Shown here one piece after another: positions 59,173 through 64,000 of a DNA stretch of 64,000 bases. The stretch covers positions 2,368,001 to 2,432,000 of the forward strand of contig CAWEEQ010000004.1 of assembly GCA_963808235.1 (NCBI GenBank), in the 5' to 3' direction. A model generated the notes under the pieces. The model worked only from the letters and a program-made list of their open reading frames with translations. It ran no database searches and had not been told where the DNA came from. How positions within the stretch are numbered: the first letter of the stretch is position 1; every line of letters starts with the position of its first letter. The position numbers were made by a program, and so were the translations under genes. The stretch is from an uncultured delta proteobacterium (GTDB lineage Bacteria > Desulfobacterota > Binatia > Binatales > Binataceae).

Positions 59173-59760
59173 ATGCGCACAATCGTTCCGGTGGCGATCT
59201 TCGCGGCAATCGCGGCGCTGGCGGCGCCGGCCTTCGCCGATTCAATCCATCTCAAGATTGATCCATCCGCGAGCAAGGTGACGACCGACGTTGCGGAGCC
59301 GGACCGCGCCAAGGGCAACGCTACCGGCAAGTTCGAAATCAAGTCGGGCGAGGTTTCCGGCGATACGGCGAATCCCGCGGCCGGGACCGTCAGTATCGTG
59401 CTGGACGCACAAAGCTATGACAGCGGGAATCCGTTTCGCGATGACGCCGTGTTCGGGCTCCTCGATGCGCGTACCTATCCCACGATCACGTTCCAGAGCA
59501 CCGCTCTTCAGAATGTCGCGACCAGCTCGGCGAATGCGGGTACGGCGACCGTGGTCGGCAATTTGACCATCCATAACACCACGCGACCGGTCAGCGTGCC
59601 GATCAAGATGGCACTCGACTCGGCGCAGCATCTGACGGTCGACGGCGCAGTGACCTTCAACTACGCCGACTACGGGGTGAAGGTGCCGAGCCTGCTCGGG
59701 ATGACAGCCGCCAATGAAGTCACGGTGACGCTTCATATCGTGGCGGTGCCCAAGCAGTAA
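59173..59760 (+). CDS. YceI family secreted lipid/isoprenoid-binding protein
   Basis: Signal peptide; DSGNPFRD, YPTITFQS, GNLTIHNTTRPV, DYGV; RBS GGAGG. Confidence 0.87.
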   Translation: MRTIVPVAIFAAIAALAAPAFADSIHLKIDPSASKVTTDVAEPDRAKGNATGKFEIKSGEVSGDTANPAAGTVSIVLDAQSYDSGNPFRDDAVFGLLDARTYPTITFQSTALQNVATSSANAGTATVVGNLTIHNTTRPVSVPIKMALDSAQHLTVDGAVTFNYADYGVKVPSLLGMTAANEVTVTLHIVAVPKQ

Positions 59761-59822
59761 GGGCGAAAGAGAGAACAACTTGATTTAATGTGAAACCCAC
59801 CTGGGTTTCACGGCTTCCTTGG

Positions 59823-59853
59823 GCAGGGGCCAGCCCCTGCACCTGAGTGAGGA
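59823..59853. repeat. 31-bp hairpin-containing direct repeat, copy 2
   Basis: Exact copy 840 bp after copy 1; preceded by a perfect hairpin GTGAAACCCA-CC-TGGGTTTCAC at 59790-59811. Confidence 0.85.
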
Positions 59854-60261
59854 TAAAAGATGCGGCGCGGAGCGCCTGTTCGAACTGGTTTATGGGAGAA
59901 GGTGATGCTGTTCTGGTGATCGCCGATGTATCGGCGCGGTGTTGCTCGATGGGATGGAGACTCAGGGCGAACGCAACTGTCGCGCGGCGAATCCAGATCT
60001 GGCTGCGGCATTCTGACTTGAACTTGATGTAGTGAAACCTGCCGGTGCGCCCCGGGGGCGATTGCTAACTGCCAGTTGAAGCGGTTCAACTCGATTCTGC
60101 TTGACATGCTTTGACACGCGTGAGACCGTCACGCTTGTCGTTGATTTGCGGGGGAGCGTTTCGACCTTCCGATTCTGCCTGAATCACGCACCATCTGTGG
60201 GTTTGCGAGAGCCTTGCGACCGGCGCGCTGGGCTCCACAGTGAACGCCGCGGGGGATTGGC

Positions 60262-63200
60262 GTGAAGCATAAGAGCGTTACGGCAGCCGTGGTGCTGCTG
60301 GCGGTGACCATTGCGCTTTCGGTGTGGGGCGATTCTACCCAGCTTAGTATCTCGGGCGGCTCGGATACGGTGACCGGCAACTCGCCGAGCACGCTTAATT
60401 TTCCGATCGCGCGTGGTGGCGATCTCAGCTACGACGCGTTTCTTCAGTACCAGACTATGGACGGGACCGCGATCGCGGGGACTGACTACACGGCGGCGAG
60501 CGGGTCGGTTGTGATTCCAGCCGGCCAAACCAGCGGGACGATTCCGGTGACGGTCGCCGGCAGCAACAGCAATCCGCCTGACAAAATGTTTCAGATGCTG
60601 TTGCTCGGCGGTGGCGGTGCGGGAATGGGCTTCACGCCCAGCTTCGCCACCCAGCAGACCTTCGGCACGGGCAGCCAGCCGAGCTCGGTGACGGTGGCCG
60701 ATGTCAATGGCGACGGCAAGCCCGACCTGATCGTGGCAAATCTCAACAGCAATACGGTCTCGGTGCTGCTCAACACCACCGCGCCGGGCGCAGCCACGCC
60801 CAGCTTCGCCACCGAGCAGACCTTCACTGTGGGCAGCCTTCCGCGATCGGTGACGGTGGCCGACCTCAACGGCGACGGGCTGCCCGACCTGATCGTGGCG
60901 AATCAAGGTGACAACACGGTATCGGTGCTGCTGAACAGCACCACCCCAGGCGCCACCACGCCCAGCTTCGCGACCCAGCAGACCTTCGCCGTGGGCAGCG
61001 GCCCGTACTCGGTGACGACGGCCGACCTCAACGGCGACGGCTTGGCCGACGTGATTGTGGCGAATGAGGCCAGCAACACGGTTTCGGTGCTGCTCAACAA
61101 GACCGCGCCGGGCGCCAGCACGGCCAGCTTCGCCAGTCAGCAGACCTTTGCTACGGGCAGCAAGCCGTTCTCAGTGACGGCGGCGGATGTCAACGGCGAC
61201 GGCAAGCCCGACCTGATCGCTACTAGTGCCAACGGCGTCTCGGTGCTGCTCAACACGACCGCCCCGGGCGCGACCACGCCCAGCTTCGCCACCCAGCAGA
61301 CCTTTGCAGCGAGCACCTCCCCGTTCTCGGTGACGGTAGCCGACATCAACGGCGACGGCTTGCCCGACCTGATTGTCGCGAACTTGAACGGCAACACGGT
61401 CTCGGTGCTGCTCAACACCACCACCCCCGGCGCCACCACGCCCAGCTTCGCCACCCATCAGGACTTCGCTGCGGGCAATCACCTGTACTCGGTGACGGCA
61501 GCCGACGTCAACGGCGACGGCAAGCCCGACCTGATCGTCGCGAATGAGTTAGACAGAACGGTCTCGGTGCTGCTCAACACCACCGCCCCGGGCGCCACCA
61601 CCCCTAGCTTCGTCACCCAGCAGACCTTTGCTACGGGCAACGGCCCGAGCTCGGTGACAGCGGCCGACATCAACGGCGACGGTAGGCCCGACCTGATCGT
61701 GGCGAATGGCGGCGAATTCACGGTCTCGGTGTTGCTCAACACCACTCCGGCGCCGACGACGGCGTTTGACGGCAACAGCTTCACCACCCATCAGGACTTT
61801 GGCACCGGCAACGCCCCGAGTTCTGTGACGACAGCCGACATTAACGGGGACGGGTTGCCCGACCTGATCGTGGCGAATGACGGTAGCGCCAGCAAGGTCT
61901 CGGTGTTGCTGAACACCACCGCTCCGGGCTCGACCACGCCCAGCTTCGCCGCCCAGCAGACGTTTGGCATCGGAGGCTTTCCAACATCGGTGACGGCGGC
62001 GGACGTGAACGGCGACGGCAAACCTGACCTGATCGTCGCGAATTCCAACGGTAACTCAGTCTCGGTGCTGCTCAACACCACCAGCCCAGGAGCGACGACG
62101 GCCAGCTTCGCAAGTGGCCCTAATGGCGCTCTGTTTGTTTTCGCCGCGGGAAGCTTTCCGACCTCGGTGACGGCGGCCGACATCAACGGCGACGGGAAGC
62201 CCGATCTGATTGTCGCTAATTTCGGCGGCAACACCGTCTCCGTGCTGCTCAACACCACCGCGCCGGGGGCGACCACTCCAACCTTCGCTATCCAGCAGAC
62301 CTTCGCCGTCGGCAGCGAACCGTCCTCGGTGACGGCGGCCGACATCAACGGCGACGGCTTGCCCGACCTGATCGTGACGAATTCGAGCGACAACACCGTC
62401 TCGGTGCTGCTCAACACGACCGCCCCGGGCGCCACCACCCCGAGCTTTGCCACCCAGCAGACCTTTGCCACTGGCATCCTCCCGGAAGGGGTGACGACGG
62501 CCGACATCAACGGCGACGGCAGGCCCGACCTGATCGTCGCGAACGCGGGCCTCAACCTCCACGGCAACACGGTCTCGGTGCTGCTCAACACGACGACTCC
62601 GGGCGCCACCACCCCCAGTTTCGCCACCCAGCAGACGTTTGTCACGGGAAGCGGCCCGTTCTCTGTGATAACGAGCGACGTGAACGGCGACGGCAAACCC
62701 GACCTGATCGTGGCGGATCTCTCCAGCTCCCTGGTCTCGGTGCTGCTCAACACCACCGCCCCGGGCGCGACCACGCCCAGCTTCGCCACCCAGCAGACCT
62801 TTGCCACGGGCATCGAACCGCAATCGGTTAAGGCAGTAGACGTCAACGGCGACGGCCAGCCCGACCTGATCTTGTCGAATGGTGCCGGCAACACGGTCTC
62901 GGTGTTGTTAAATAGTCTGTATGCTGCCGCCGCTTCCGGCAGTCCGGCGACTGGGACGATCCATTACGCCGTACCGACGCCGACGCCAACCGCTACGGCC
63001 ACGGCTACTGCGACCGCGACTGCAACTGAGACGGCTACTGCGACGAGCGACAGCTACGGCAACATCAACGGCGACTGCGACGCCGACGGCGACGCCGACG
63101 ACTTCGATTGCGGTGCCGACAGCGCTCTCATTCTTCAGCGTGCCGGTTAACGACACCGTCACCGACGACCTGATTGTCAAAAACACCGGCACGCAGCGAC

Positions 63201-64000
63201 TGTTCATCGGGAGCGTAACTTCATCGAACCCGGCTGAATTCGCGCCGGGCGGCACGACCTGCCCGGCGGGCGGCCTGGGCCCCGACTCCGACTGCGCGAT
63301 TGCGATCAGTTTCACGCCGAGCGCGCTCGGCGCGCGCAGCGCGACGCTTTCGATCAACGACAATACGACGAGCAGCCCAAAGCACGTGGCGCTGAGCGGC
63401 GCCGGCACCGCTGATACGACGGTCACGCCAACGAGTTTCGCATTCGGCAAGGTGAAGATTGGCGCCAAGGCGGCCAAGGCGATCGCGGTGCACAATTTCC
63501 AGACCAACCCGGTTACGCTGACGCTGCCGCCGGGATTCAGCGGCGCGAATGCGGGCGACTTCAGCCAGACGGGCGGCACGTGCACATCGACGCTGGCGAC
63601 GAAGACGAGTTGCACACTGATCGTTACTTATGCGCCGACCCAGCTGGGGACGGAAGCGGCGACGATGACGGTTGCCGACAGTCCGGATGCGCTCGGGCCG
63701 TACACGGTTTCGTTCACCAGCGGGCCGACGATACCGGCGACGGTCCTGCCGACCACGCTTGCGTTTGGCACGTTGACGGCCAGGACATCGCCGAAGACCA
63801 AGGACATCACGGTTACTAATCTGTCGGCATTTTCGCTATCGGTGAGCGAGAGCAGTGTCAGCGGATCGAGTGCGGGCGACTTTGCGGTGACCGGCGGAAC
63901 TTGCGGCGGCACGGTGTCGGCTCACTCGGCATGCGCGATCGCGATTAAATTCACGCCGACGGCGGAGCCATTGGCGGAGAGTGCGAGTATCGCGGTGACG
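60262..64000 (+). CDS. Large secreted/surface protein: Calx-beta, 14 FG-GAP/VCBS repeats, Thr/Ala/Pro linker, ASH-type Ig-like domains; apparent +1 frameshift near 63046; runs off window
   Basis: Signal peptide; DGTAIAGTDY; 14 copies of D[VIL]NGDGxxD[LV]; TATATA linker; after the frameshift KNTG...CAIAISFTPSALGARSATLSI...VALSG repeats. Confidence 0.88.

Noticed and set aside
60640-62910. Regular ~162-bp repeats as a CRISPR array or DGR template/variable repeats
   Set aside because: They are in-frame coding FG-GAP repeats with synonymous variation; no cas or reverse transcriptase genes and no adenine-specific pattern noticed

Overview
GC-rich bacterial chromosomal window, probably from a soil or peat lineage such as Candidatus Binatia (inferred from gene content only). 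1-12.8 kb: a long minus-strand hopanoid operon, tetR-hpnH-ispA-Zn-ADH-shc-dxr-hpnC-hpnD-hpnE-hpnA-CruF-like-SDR, running off the left edge. 13-22.8 kb: a divergent cluster of Gfo/Idh/MocA dehydrogenase, two HADs, class III aminotransferase, ATP-grasp protein with ITPK1-like motifs, NTP transferase, CDP-alcohol phosphotransferase and B12 radical SAM. It looks like an uncharacterised inositol/aminocyclitol-phosphate pathway; ino1 lies at 47-48 kb. At 23.4 kb a 480-bp internally deleted IS1-family element (17-bp TIRs, 8-bp TSD, passenger gene) interrupts an orphan BrnA-like antitoxin. The rest includes panBC with a pan-motif-like leader, coaX, tRNA-Pro(GGG) followed by a low-GC GT-C glycosyltransferase, tldD/pmbA, a RavA-like ATPase with recO, nfeD/stomatin, UDG, a MerR-glutaredoxin unit with a zntA-type promoter, coaBC, mrp, higBA and catabolic enzymes. 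There are several REP-like hairpins with local strand-asymmetric composition, and a large secreted 14x FG-GAP protein runs off the right edge. About ten genes carry single +1 insertions, most likely long-read assembly errors. No CRISPR array or rRNA was seen.
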